Shown here piece by piece: positions 9,469 to 18,316 of a stretch of DNA of 34,349 bases. How positions within the stretch are numbered: position 1 is the stretch's first letter; every line of letters begins with the position of its first letter. This stretch comes from Terrimicrobiaceae bacterium. GTDB taxonomy: Bacteria; Verrucomicrobiota; Verrucomicrobiia; Chthoniobacterales; Terrimicrobiaceae. Location: the NCBI GenBank assembly GCA_041752695.1, contig JBGSVZ010000084.1:1-34349 (forward strand). The letters run 5' to 3'. The notes below the pieces were generated by a model. The model saw only the letters and a program-made list of their open reading frames with translations, made no database searches and had not been told where the DNA came from. A program made the translations under genes and the position numbers.

Positions 9469-10209
9469 TCAAAGAACGGAGGTTGCCAATGATTTGAAGG
9501 CGAGAAGAATCGAGGATTTTAGACGCCCGGTGAGGCGTTGCGCGGGCATTGCCATGCTGATGGCTGCGGCGGCAAAACCGAGAGGCGAGAGGTTCACCGC
9601 CACACAACAAACACCGGTGACCGATTCTTCAACCTCTTCGGCAAATCCGACGGTGCGGCTTTTTGCGATCATGCGTGCAAGCTCGGCTTTGCTTTTCACC
9701 GTATGCGGCGTAAACAGCTGCAGGCGCGTTTCGGAAATCAACTTTTCCAGCGCCCTGTCGCTCAATTGCGAGGCGGCGGCCCGGCCGAGCGCTGTGCAAT
9801 ACCAGGGGTCATTCTGGCCGGGCTTCACAATAAAACGGAGCGGCTGGGTGGTCTCGACAAAATCCAGATAAAGAACCTGCGTGCCGGAGAGAACGCCGAG
9901 GTTGATCGTCTCATTGAATTGTTCATGGAGTCTTCGCAAAAGCGGACGGGCTTGCGCCTTTAAATCCCCGTGTGGATCGGCTGCCGCGAGACGGGCAGTG
10001 CGTGGGCCAATGAGATAATGGCGGCTTCCGGCTGGCCGCGAGACGTAACCGAGACCCTGCAGCGTGCGCAGGAGGCGGTATGCCGTCGGTTTCGGGAGCT
10101 TCGCGGCCTCCGTCGCTTCCTGGAGGGACACCGGGCGGCCGGCAGCCGCCAGAAACTCCAGCAAGGCAAAGGTCTTGTCCACCGACGAGGTATTGAGAGC
10201 GGTTTTCAC
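9469..10209 (-). CDS. IclR-family transcriptional regulator
   Basis: SVDKTFALLEFL, LPKPTAYRLLRTL HTH, ETINLG, CTALGRA, EESVTGVCCVAV. Confidence 0.95.
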   Translation of the reverse strand: MKTALNTSSVDKTFALLEFLAAAGRPVSLQEATEAAKLPKPTAYRLLRTLQGLGYVSRPAGSRHYLIGPRTARLAAADPHGDLKAQARPLLRRLHEQFNETINLGVLSGTQVLYLDFVETTQPLRFIVKPGQNDPWYCTALGRAAASQLSDRALEKLISETRLQLFTPHTVKSKAELARMIAKSRTVGFAEEVEESVTGVCCVAVNLSPLGFAAAAISMAMPAQRLTGRLKSSILLAFKSLATSVL

Positions 10210-10263
10210 GGGAATTTTCCGAAGATTAATGCACAGAAGACTCAGCCGGAAAAACTCTCTCGA

Positions 10264-11604
10264 TCATTGCCATTCCGCGGCATGGCGGGCAAAGGCGCTC
10301 CGGGCTTTCTCCAACGCTTCGTCAATGTCCTTGTCCGTATGGGGCAGACAAATAAACCAGAGTCCGCGCTCGATGGCGCGCACGCCCTCCTCAAGCAGGC
10401 ATCGACGAAGATGAGCCCAGCGGGGGGCATCGTGGCGTTGCACATAATCACGATGGTCGCGCACCGGTCCTTCTGCGGCAGCAGTTTTGAGCATCACGGT
10501 GTGAAAAACAATTCCCGGCCCCTGTGGTCGGAGCGGAATATCAAATTCCCCGGCGAGCTCGCGCAGGCCGTTCATCATTCGCATGCCCAATGCCTGAATC
10601 GATGCGGGATGCCTCACTCCGTGGGTGAGAATGGTGTCCAGGCACCACAGACTCGCCGCAAGGCAAAGCGGATTCGAGTTTAAGGTGCCAGCGTGAATCA
10701 CCTGGCCGCTGATAATCTTTTGAAAATACTCTTTTCGGCCCGCCAACGCGGAGAAGGGAACGCCGCCTCCGATGGCTTTTCCGAGTATGGTAAGGTCCGG
10801 CACAAATTCCAGGTAGCCTTGAGCGCCTCCCGCACCAAAACGGAACCCGGTTATCGTCTCGTCGGCGATCATCAGCATTCCGTCCCGATCGCAGAGTTCG
10901 CGGATCGTTTCGATCATGCCCTCCACGGGTTCGATGCAGCAGGTGTTGCAAAGCACGGGTTCGAAGATGATGGCGGCGATTTGTCCGCGAAACTCCTCGA
11001 CCCGCCGGCGCAGATGATCAGGGTCGTTCCACCGGGTGACGACAAACTGGTCCAGAACCTCAGGAATAACCCCCTGGCTGGGATGGACGCTAGACGGTGC
11101 CTCATCGGAGCCCCACTTGTCGGGCGGAGAGCCAAATCCCACCAATCCTTCATCTCCCCAGCCGTGATAGTGGCCTTCAAACTTGAGAATCAGCGGCCTC
11201 CCGGTGTGGCCGCGAGCCAGACGGAAGGCGGAATTCGCTGACTCGGTGGCGGAATTGTTGAAACGCACGTACTCCGCGCCTGGGATCATGTGGCAAAGAC
11301 GTTCCGCCACGTCAATTTCCAATCGTGACTGCGCCGCCCAATGGGTACCGCGCTGTGCCTGAGCGTAGATTGCTTCTGCCAGGCCTTCAGGCGCGTGCCC
11401 GTAGAGCAGCGCTCCCTGACCGGTCTGAAAGTCGATATACTCGTTTTGGTCCTCATCCCAAAGACGTCCGGCTTTCCCATGGGTGAAAAACAGAGGCACA
11501 GGCTGCTCCAACCTGCGAATCCCGCTATTCACTCCGCCCGCGATTACGCGGGAGGCCCGTTCAAAAAGTTCCTGCGATCGCGAAAAGGGATGGGACACGT
11601 GCAT
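10264..11604 (-). CDS. Class III PLP-dependent aminotransferase (GSA-aminomutase-like, probably not true HemL)
   Basis: WDEDQNEYID, KFEGHYHG, IFEP, DETITGFR, PLP lysine in LGKAIGGG, GTLNSNP; has SGIR where HemL usually has SPVR. Confidence 0.9.
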   Translation of the reverse strand: MHVSHPFSRSQELFERASRVIAGGVNSGIRRLEQPVPLFFTHGKAGRLWDEDQNEYIDFQTGQGALLYGHAPEGLAEAIYAQAQRGTHWAAQSRLEIDVAERLCHMIPGAEYVRFNNSATESANSAFRLARGHTGRPLILKFEGHYHGWGDEGLVGFGSPPDKWGSDEAPSSVHPSQGVIPEVLDQFVVTRWNDPDHLRRRVEEFRGQIAAIIFEPVLCNTCCIEPVEGMIETIRELCDRDGMLMIADETITGFRFGAGGAQGYLEFVPDLTILGKAIGGGVPFSALAGRKEYFQKIISGQVIHAGTLNSNPLCLAASLWCLDTILTHGVRHPASIQALGMRMMNGLRELAGEFDIPLRPQGPGIVFHTVMLKTAAAEGPVRDHRDYVQRHDAPRWAHLRRCLLEEGVRAIERGLWFICLPHTDKDIDEALEKARSAFARHAAEWQ

Positions 11605-11621
11605 CAGAAGGTTGGAAAGAA

Positions 11622-11636
11622 TTTCATAGTATGGAA
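11622..11636. promoter_or_regulatory. Candidate IclR-type operator
   Basis: 15-bp near-perfect palindrome TTTCATA-G-TATGGAA just upstream of the aminotransferase-iclR unit, in the divergent spacer. Confidence 0.55.
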
Positions 11637-11782
11637 CAGAGATTCCAGCAAGCGGAATAACCTGGACACTGCTGGGTGGGGCTTATAGATGTTTCCGATG
11701 TCATCGGGGTCGCCTCATTACGCCTGTCCGGTCCTAACGAGCGCCGCTGCCCAGGGCCGCCCCACCGAGTCCTTTCCCAATT

Positions 11783-12586
11783 ATGAAAATCGTTCGATAC
11801 CAAGACCCTCAAGGGGATATCCATTTCGGCGCGCAAAACCCTGACGGCTCGGCCGAGCGCCTTTTGGGCGATCCGTTCAGCGGATTGACACCCACCCAGG
11901 AATCGGCGGTCATCGCCAAGTTTCTCGCCCCTTTGGTCCCGACGTCGATCCTTTGCATCGGACTCAATTACAAACAACATGCCGCAGAAAGTGGGGCGGA
12001 GGTTCCGCAGTTCCCCATTCTTTTCGTCAAAGGCATCAATACGCTGCAAAATCCCGGAGATCCCATCCAGATTCCCAGATTCCTGCGCAGCGAAGAGGTG
12101 GACTACGAATGCGAGCTCGCTGTGGTGATCGGCCGAGCTTGCAAAAACGTCCATCGGGCGGAAGCCCTCGACTATGTCCTGGGCTACACTTGTGCCAACG
12201 ATGTGAGCGCACGTGACTGGCAAATCAAATACGGGGGAGGTCAATGGTGCCGGGGAAAATTTTTTGACACTTTTGCCCCCCTTGGCCCGTGCCTGGTCAC
12301 CCCGGACGAGATCCCGAATCCGAACGCGCTCGCCATTCGCACTGTCCTCAATGGCCAGGTGGTCCAGGAGTGGAACACTAACGATATGATTTTTGATGTG
12401 GCGGAAATCATCGAGTTTCTCAGCGGCAGCACCACTTTACTGCCCGGCACCGTGATTCTCACCGGCACACCGCACGGAGTTGGGATGGCAGCCAAACCAC
12501 CCCGCTGGCTCAAATCGGGGGATACGGTGACCATTGAGATCGACACGATCGGGAGCCTGACTAATCCGGTCGTTGAGGAACCTTGA
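11783..12586 (+). CDS. Fumarylacetoacetate hydrolase (FAH) family protein
   Basis: CIGLNY..HA.E, VDYECELAVVIG, GYTCANDVSARDWQ, GKFFDTFAPLGP, VILTGTP.GVG. Confidence 0.95.
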   Translation: MKIVRYQDPQGDIHFGAQNPDGSAERLLGDPFSGLTPTQESAVIAKFLAPLVPTSILCIGLNYKQHAAESGAEVPQFPILFVKGINTLQNPGDPIQIPRFLRSEEVDYECELAVVIGRACKNVHRAEALDYVLGYTCANDVSARDWQIKYGGGQWCRGKFFDTFAPLGPCLVTPDEIPNPNALAIRTVLNGQVVQEWNTNDMIFDVAEIIEFLSGSTTLLPGTVILTGTPHGVGMAAKPPRWLKSGDTVTIEIDTIGSLTNPVVEEP

Positions 12587-12641
12587 GCATCACGCTGAAG
12601 AGGTTCTTGAAGAGCGGGGCGGGTTTTCCCGACGAGTCTGC

Positions 12642-12678
12642 AAAAAAAGGCCGGACGGGTTTTTAAACCCGTCCGGCC
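12642..12678 (-). terminator. Rho-independent terminator
   Basis: Stem GGCCGGACGGGTTT/AAACCCGTCCGGCC with A7 on the left (U-tract on the minus strand), just downstream of the small lipoprotein gene. Confidence 0.85.
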
Positions 12679-12699
12679 CTCCAAAAAACTCCTGAGAGT

Positions 12700-12819
12700 T
12701 TACTTGGACATGCCCATGCTGGCAGGCGGCGGGGCCGGCTGCGATTTGCTGGCGCAAGCACCAAGGCTCAGGGCGGCTGCGGCGAACGCGACAGTCGCGA
12801 CGATTTTGACAAATTTCAC
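12700..12819 (-). CDS. Small (39 aa) lipoprotein
   Basis: GTG start with strong SD AAGGAGG; MKFVKIVATVAFAAAALSLGAC has lipobox LGAC; own terminator. Confidence 0.8.
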   Translation of the reverse strand: MKFVKIVATVAFAAAALSLGACASKSQPAPPPASMGMSK

Positions 12820-12891
12820 AATGATTTCCCCTCCTTTCTTAGCTGGTTGCTGGCGGGACTCTGTCAAATCCGGGCCAACTGACAATAAGAA

Positions 12892-13377
12892 TCATGCGCG
12901 GATTTCGACGGAAGTCCCCTCGGGAATTTCCTCAAAAAGTTCGGCGATATCCCGGTTGGACATCCGGATGCAGCCATGGCTGGCCGGAGTGCCCAGGAGG
13001 GATTCCTGGTTGGTACCGTGGACATACACGTAGCGGGACTTGGTGTTGGCGTTGCCCTCCTCCAGACCATCCAGCCAGAGGATGCGGGTGAGGATAAGAT
13101 CGTCTTCACCGCCAGAGTCGGAGATCTCTCCTGTGGGCAGACGGCTCTTAAAGACCGCTCCGAGCGGCGCGCCCTGGCCGATTTTTTCGGCGATCTGAAA
13201 CCGGCCGAGGGGCGTGCGGAAGCTGCCGGGTTCGGACCCGAGACCGTATTTGGAGGTGGAGATGATGTAGGTTTTTTCGATCAGTTCGCCGCGCAGGACA
13301 TCGAGGGCCTGGCGGCCGACATCGACGCGTAGGCGGAGGGACAAAGGATCGTGGACATCGGGCAGGGAATCAGGCAT
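12892..13377 (-). CDS. L,D-transpeptidase (YkuD family)
   Basis: TPLGRF, YVHGT...SHGCIRM catalytic His/Cys motif. Confidence 0.92.
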   Translation of the reverse strand: MPDSLPDVHDPLSLRLRVDVGRQALDVLRGELIEKTYIISTSKYGLGSEPGSFRTPLGRFQIAEKIGQGAPLGAVFKSRLPTGEISDSGGEDDLILTRILWLDGLEEGNANTKSRYVYVHGTNQESLLGTPASHGCIRMSNRDIAELFEEIPEGTSVEIRA

Positions 13378-13394
13378 GGTGAAGGGCTCTCCTT

Positions 13395-14393
13395 ATGTCA
13401 CGAGAATACCGAGTTGCTGTAGTCGGCGCAACAGGCGCTGTTGGTGTAGAAATGCTCCGGGTGATGGAGCGGCGGAATTTTCCCGTCGCCTCCCTCCGCT
13501 TACTCGCGTCCGCACGTTCCGCGGGCCTGCCGTTGAAATTTCGGGGTGAAGATGTACCCGTGGAGGTGCTTAATGTTAATTCGTTCGAAGGCATCGATGT
13601 CGCGCTTTTCAGCGCCGGCTCCGGCATTTCCAAGGAATACGGGCCGATCGCGGTGAAGTCTGGCGCGGTGGTGGTGGACAATTCCTCCGCTTTTCGCATG
13701 CAGGAAAGCGTCCCGCTCATTGTGCCGGAAATCAATGGCAAGGACGTGGCGAACCACAAGGGTATCTTGGCGAATCCGAATTGCACAACGGCCGTGACCT
13801 TGATGGCCCTTTACCCGCTGCACAAAAAATTCGGCGTGAAGCGGATTTTTGCCTCCAGCTATCAGGCCGTTTCCGGCGCAGGCGCGCGGGCGATCGATGA
13901 GTTGCGCCGTCAGGTCAAGGACCTGGCCTCCGGCCAGCCGGCCTCCCATGAGATTTTTCCGCATCAAATTGCCTTCAACGTCATCCCGCAGGTCGATTCG
14001 TTTCTCGACACCGGCTACACCAAGGAGGAGATGAAAATGCAGAACGAAGGTCGGCGTATCATGCACCTGCCGGAGTTTAAGGCCTCGATCACGTGCGTGC
14101 GTGTGCCGGTCTATCGGGCGCATTCTGTGGCGGTGAGCGCGGAGTTTCTTGAGCCCGTGAGCCTGCACGAAGCGCGGGAGGCAATTGCCGCCTTCCCGGG
14201 CGTGCAACTGGAGGACGATACAACGGCAAACATCTATCCAATGCCACTGCGCGTCGCGGGACAGGACGATTGTTTTGTCGGCCGCCTGCGTCACGATTGC
14301 GCGTTGGAAAACGGCCTTGCCTTCTGGGTGTGTGGCGACCAGCTCCTCAAGGGCGCGGCGCTGAACGCCGTGCAGATTGCGGAGTTGTTGTAG
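13395..14393 (+). CDS. asd: Aspartate-semialdehyde dehydrogenase
   Basis: GATGAVG, DNSSAFRM, ANPNCTT, SYQAVSGAG, TCVRVPV..AHS, DQLLKGAALNAVQIAE. Confidence 0.98.
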   Translation: MSREYRVAVVGATGAVGVEMLRVMERRNFPVASLRLLASARSAGLPLKFRGEDVPVEVLNVNSFEGIDVALFSAGSGISKEYGPIAVKSGAVVVDNSSAFRMQESVPLIVPEINGKDVANHKGILANPNCTTAVTLMALYPLHKKFGVKRIFASSYQAVSGAGARAIDELRRQVKDLASGQPASHEIFPHQIAFNVIPQVDSFLDTGYTKEEMKMQNEGRRIMHLPEFKASITCVRVPVYRAHSVAVSAEFLEPVSLHEAREAIAAFPGVQLEDDTTANIYPMPLRVAGQDDCFVGRLRHDCALENGLAFWVCGDQLLKGAALNAVQIAELL

Positions 14394-14402
14394 GTCGCTG
14401 AC

Positions 14403-14454
14403 TGTAGTCGCCCCACTCCGTTGGGGCGAACGGCAACGGAGTGCCGTGACTACA
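14403..14454. repeat. GTAG-type REP doublet (inverted pair)
   Basis: TGTAGTC-GCCCC-ACTCCGTT-GGGGC and inverted mate TGTAGTC-ACGGC-ACTCCGTT-GCCGT. Confidence 0.75.
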
Positions 14455-14472
14455 ATTTGGCACTCCAAAACA

Positions 14473-14504
14473 AAAACGGCGGTCCTGGTTTGGACCGCCG
14501 TTTT
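14473..14504. terminator. Bidirectional terminator between convergent asd and ftsH
   Basis: AAAACGGCGGTCC-TGGTTT-GGACCGCCGTTTT. Confidence 0.85.
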
Positions 14505-14530
14505 GCTTCTGAATTCGTACCGTCCTGATC

Positions 14531-16576
14531 CTACGCCGGGGCCGGGGCAGGGAATCCGCCCTGGGGAAACTCCGGTTTGATCGGCTCGGTGGAATCGGGC
14601 ACGGCGGAGGCCGGGGGCGGAGGCAGGGGCGGTGGCGCTTTTTCTTTGAGCGGAGGGTTTTTCATCGTTCCCGTCTCGATGATTTCCTTCACTTGCTCGC
14701 CGTCGAGGGTTTCGTATTCGAGCAACGCTTTGGCGATGAGTTCCACTTTGTCGCGATGCTGCATGATGAGGTGCTTCGCACGGGCGTAACCTTCATCCAC
14801 GAAACGACGCACTTCGCGGTCAATCTCCTGCGCCGTGGCCTCGCTGTAGTCGCGGGCGCGGCCCATGTCGCGGGCGAGGAAGACGTGGTCTTCATGCTCG
14901 CCGTACTCCACCATGCCGAGTTTGTCACTCATACCCCATTCGCAAACCATTTTGCGGGCGAGGCGTGTCATTTGTTTGATGTCGTTCGACGCACCGGTGG
15001 TGAAATCCTCCACGAAGATCTCCTCGGCGATGCGGCCGCCGGCGGTCATGGCAATCATGTCGAGGGCCTCCTTGCGGTGGAACGAATACTGGTCGCCCAC
15101 GGGAAGGGACATCGTGACGCCCAAGGCGCGGCCGCGCGGGATGATCGTGACCTTGTGCAGGGGATCGGTGTGTTCGAGGAGAACGCTGACCAAAGCATGC
15201 CCCGCTTCGTGCCAGGCGGTGGAGATTTTTTCCTTTTCGCTCATGGCGAGGCTGCGACGTTCGCGGCCCCAACGCACCTTGTCCCGGGCCTCTTCCAGTT
15301 CTGCGTTGGTGATGGCTTTGAGCCCCTTGCGCGCGGCGATGAGGGCGGCTTCGTTGAGCACATTGGCGAGTTCGGCGCCGGAAAAACCCGGGGTGCCCCG
15401 GGCAATGACGCTCAGGTCCACGTTGGCGGACAGTTTTACTTTTTTCGCATGAACCTTGAGGATCTGTTCCCGACCGGCCACATCCGGAAGGCTCACCGTG
15501 ACCTGACGGTCGAAACGGCCGGGACGCAGCAGCGCGGGATCGAGCACGTCCGGGCGGTTGGTGGCGGCGATAATGATCACACCTTCCTGGGTGTCGAACC
15601 CGTCCATCTCCACCAGGAGCTGATTGAGAGTCTGTTCCCGCTCGTCGTGTCCACCGCCCATGCCGTGGCCGCGGTGACGACCGACAGCATCGATTTCATC
15701 AATAAAAATCAGGCAGGGGGCGCTTTTGCGGCCCTGTTCGAACATATCGCGCACGCGGGAGGCCCCCACGCCGACGAACATTTCCACAAAATCCGAGCCG
15801 CTGATGGAGAAAAACGGCACGTCGGCCTCGCCGGCGATGGCGCGGGCGAGGAGGGTTTTACCGGTGCCGGGCGAACCGACCATGAGAACGCCTTTCGGGA
15901 TCCGGCCGCCGAGTTTTTGAAAACGTTTGGGGTCCTTCAAAAATTCCACCAGTTCCACCACCTCGTCCTTGGCCTCTTCGACACCGGCGACGTCCTTGAA
16001 GGTGATGCGATTTTTCTCCTTGGAGAGCATGCGGGCCTTGCTCTTGCCGAAACTCATGGCGCTGCGACCGGCCATTTTGATCTGCGACCGGAAGAAAAAA
16101 TACAGGATGACGAGGAAAAGGAGGATCGGCAGGAAACTCAGGACGGCCGAGGCAAGGAAGTTCGACTCCGACTTGATTGAGGGCGTGATGCCGGCGGCTT
16201 CCAGGGCAGCGTCGATCTGTTTGCCGTTGAACGGCACATAGATTTGCGTGCGGAAGGGCGTCTCGACTTCCTCGTTGGTCGTGGCGGATTTTTTCTTGTA
16301 CACGCCGACAATGGCCTGCGTGCTGCGACCGTCATCGACAACGATTTCCAGGGGCTTCTCGTCGGTCGTGACGATTTTGTTCTCCTTGACCAAGGCAAGG
16401 AACTGCTTGTTGGTGAGCACCTCGGGTTGGGTGAAACCTCCGCGAGGGAAGAGAAAGGCGCCGCCGATGAGGGCAAGAGCCACGGCAAAAAGAACGAGGC
16501 CGCGCCAATTGAGTTGTGGGTCGCCACCTCCGGGAGGACGCTGATCTTTCGGTGACTTGGGATTTTCGTCTGACAT
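14531..16576 (-). CDS. ftsH: ATP-dependent zinc metalloprotease FtsH
   Basis: Two N-terminal TMs, Walker [33 protein letters not shown] zinc motif; start moved to ATG 16576 (MSDENPK). Confidence 0.98.
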   Translation of the reverse strand: MSDENPKSPKDQRPPGGGDPQLNWRGLVLFAVALALIGGAFLFPRGGFTQPEVLTNKQFLALVKENKIVTTDEKPLEIVVDDGRSTQAIVGVYKKKSATTNEEVETPFRTQIYVPFNGKQIDAALEAAGITPSIKSESNFLASAVLSFLPILLFLVILYFFFRSQIKMAGRSAMSFGKSKARMLSKEKNRITFKDVAGVEEAKDEVVELVEFLKDPKRFQKLGGRIPKGVLMVGSPGTGKTLLARAIAGEADVPFFSISGSDFVEMFVGVGASRVRDMFEQGRKSAPCLIFIDEIDAVGRHRGHGMGGGHDEREQTLNQLLVEMDGFDTQEGVIIIAATNRPDVLDPALLRPGRFDRQVTVSLPDVAGREQILKVHAKKVKLSANVDLSVIARGTPGFSGAELANVLNEAALIAARKGLKAITNAELEEARDKVRWGRERRSLAMSEKEKISTAWHEAGHALVSVLLEHTDPLHKVTIIPRGRALGVTMSLPVGDQYSFHRKEALDMIAMTAGGRIAEEIFVEDFTTGASNDIKQMTRLARKMVCEWGMSDKLGMVEYGEHEDHVFLARDMGRARDYSEATAQEIDREVRRFVDEGYARAKHLIMQHRDKVELIAKALLEYETLDGEQVKEIIETGTMKNPPLKEKAPPPLPPPPASAVPDSTEPIKPEFPQGGFPAPAPA

Positions 16577-16611
16577 TGTGAATATCTTCCCGTAACACAC
16601 GCATTCCGTAA

Positions 16612-17355
16612 ATGCAAACCTCACCGCCCGCTCTGATTGTCTCCATCCACGACGTGAGTCCGCTCACGCGGGACCGGGTGGAGGAGATGCTAGGCGATCT
16701 TTCCGCGATCGGCGTCCCGCGAACCTCGCTTCTGGTCATCCCCAACCACCATCACAAGGCCCCTATGAACGAGGACCCCGGCTTTTGCCGCTGGCTGGGG
16801 GAAACGGCCCGCATCGGACATGAAATTGTCCTCCACGGGTACTATCATAAACGGCCGAACCAGGGAGGGGAATGGGCCAAGAAGCTGGTCACGGAACATT
16901 ACACCGCCGGGGAGGGGGAGTTTTTTGATCTCTCCGAAATGGAGGCGGCCTGGCGTCTGGAAAAAGCCCAAGCCGAGTTCGCCGCCGCCGGTTTTCGTCC
17001 CACGGGTTTCATCGCTCCAGCCTGGTTGTTGGGTCAGAACGCCGAGGTCGCGGTGAAAAAAGCCGGGTTTTCGTACACCACCCGTCTGAAAAATTTCAAA
17101 AATCTCCGTACGGGCGAAGAAACCACCTCGCAGAGCCTCGTCTGGAGTGTGCGTTCCGGCTGGCGGAGGCAGGTGAGCCTGCTATGGAACGCCTTCCTTT
17201 TCCGCCGGCTCGCGGAAGCGCCGATGCTGCGGGTCGGCCTGCATCCCCCCGACTGGACCCGTTCGGCGATCCGGTCCCAGGCTCTCGACTTGATCCGCGC
17301 TGCGCTTGAGGGGCGGGAGGCGATGACTTATGAAGGTTGGCTTGCTTCGAGGTAG
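16612..17355 (+). CDS. Polysaccharide deacetylase-like protein (DUF2334 / CE4-like)
   Basis: [36 protein letters not shown]. Confidence 0.85.
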   Translation: MQTSPPALIVSIHDVSPLTRDRVEEMLGDLSAIGVPRTSLLVIPNHHHKAPMNEDPGFCRWLGETARIGHEIVLHGYYHKRPNQGGEWAKKLVTEHYTAGEGEFFDLSEMEAAWRLEKAQAEFAAAGFRPTGFIAPAWLLGQNAEVAVKKAGFSYTTRLKNFKNLRTGEETTSQSLVWSVRSGWRRQVSLLWNAFLFRRLAEAPMLRVGLHPPDWTRSAIRSQALDLIRAALEGREAMTYEGWLASR

Positions 17356-17364
17356 GCTGTAATT

Positions 17365-17426
17365 CGTTGGAGTCCAGCCTTTAGGCTGTTCTTTGCCCGA
17401 GGCAGTCTGAAGGCTGGGCTCCAACG
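17365..17426. repeat. REP doublet, GGAG/CAGCC-TTYA-GGCTG family, copy 1
   Basis: TGGAGTCCAGCCTTTAGGCTG and inverted CAGTCTGAAGGCTGGGCTCCA. Confidence 0.85.
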
Positions 17427-17504
17427 ATTTGCGCAGCCCCCCTGTCGTACCCACTTCTAAACACCCCCACATTGGGGAATTGTTAGCTCTTGGCTGCCAA
17501 GTTC

Positions 17505-17543
17505 TTGACGCGTCTAATACCATGTGCCATTTTTTATACCATG
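17505..17543 (+). promoter_or_regulatory. Candidate TA promoter/operator
   Basis: TTGACG -35-like hexamer at 17505-17510; direct repeat ATACCATG at 17517-17524 and 17536-17543, the latter overlapping the ATG. Confidence 0.45.
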
Positions 17544-17813
17544 ATCACAATTCCTATGGACAAAGCCGGTCGCGTGGTGTTGCCGAAGGAGATCCGGGCC
17601 AGGCTTCATCTGGAAGCGGGTGACCTGTTGGAGGCGGAGATTGGGGTCAACGAAGTGCGACTTCGCCCGCGGCATGCCGTGCATTCCGGCCTGAACCGCG
17701 AAGGAGACCGGGTGGTCTGGGATGTGCCGGGAGCGACCGCCACGGTGGAGGAAATCGACCGTGCCATTGGACGGGGCCGTGGGGAGCGTGACGCCCGGGC
17801 CTCGGGGATGTAG
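17541..17813 (+). CDS. AbrB/MazE/SpoVT-family antitoxin (VapB-like)
   Basis: MDKAGRVVLPKEIRARLHLEAGDLLE swapped-hairpin signature; directly upstream of a PIN gene. Confidence 0.9.
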   Translation: MITIPMDKAGRVVLPKEIRARLHLEAGDLLEAEIGVNEVRLRPRHAVHSGLNREGDRVVWDVPGATATVEEIDRAIGRGRGERDARASGM

Positions 17814-17819
17814 GTCGCC

Positions 17820-18257
17820 GTGAAGGTCTTTCTCGACACCAATGTCCTCGTTGCGGCGTCGGTGCGGCAGCACCCGCATTTTTGCCGGGCAGATGCAGTT
17901 TTGCGGCGCTGCATGGCCGGGGATGATGTCGGGTTGGTTCACTCCCACAGTCTGTTGGAGTACCATTCCGCCGTCACCCAGTTGCCGAAAGGGTTGGCGG
18001 TGCCTCCCTCATTTGTTGCCGATTTACTAGCGCAAGGGATTCTTGCTCACGTGCGGCTGGTGGCCCTGCCGATGAAGGAAGTGCCTCATGTCCAGAAACG
18101 CGCGGGAGAACTGGGCCTGATCGGAGGGATTATTTACGATTTCTTTCACCTGACGGTGGCCAGACGCGAAGGCGCGGAACGATTCTACACCTTCAACATC
18201 GCGCATTTTCAATCCCTCGCGGAGCCCGAATTCCGGCAGCAAATTGTCGCCCCATAA
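17820..18257 (+). CDS. PIN-domain toxin (VapC-like)
   Basis: VFLDTNVLV, LLEY, IYDFFH, YTFN..HF PIN motifs. Confidence 0.9.
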   Translation: MKVFLDTNVLVAASVRQHPHFCRADAVLRRCMAGDDVGLVHSHSLLEYHSAVTQLPKGLAVPPSFVADLLAQGILAHVRLVALPMKEVPHVQKRAGELGLIGGIIYDFFHLTVARREGAERFYTFNIAHFQSLAEPEFRQQIVAP

Positions 18258-18316
18258 CTCGGGAAAAAAAGGGCTTTGTCCGCGGTGAGGATTCTCCACT
18301 ATGGGAGATAGAAGCC

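Noticed and set aside
10264..11604. Calling the aminotransferase hemL
   Set aside because: HemL-typical SPVR motif is altered and the context is catabolic; only family-level call is supported
14693..16180. 495-aa ORF antisense to ftsH (likewise 19163-20854 and 13500-14468)
   Set aside because: Entirely overlap well-supported genes on the opposite strand
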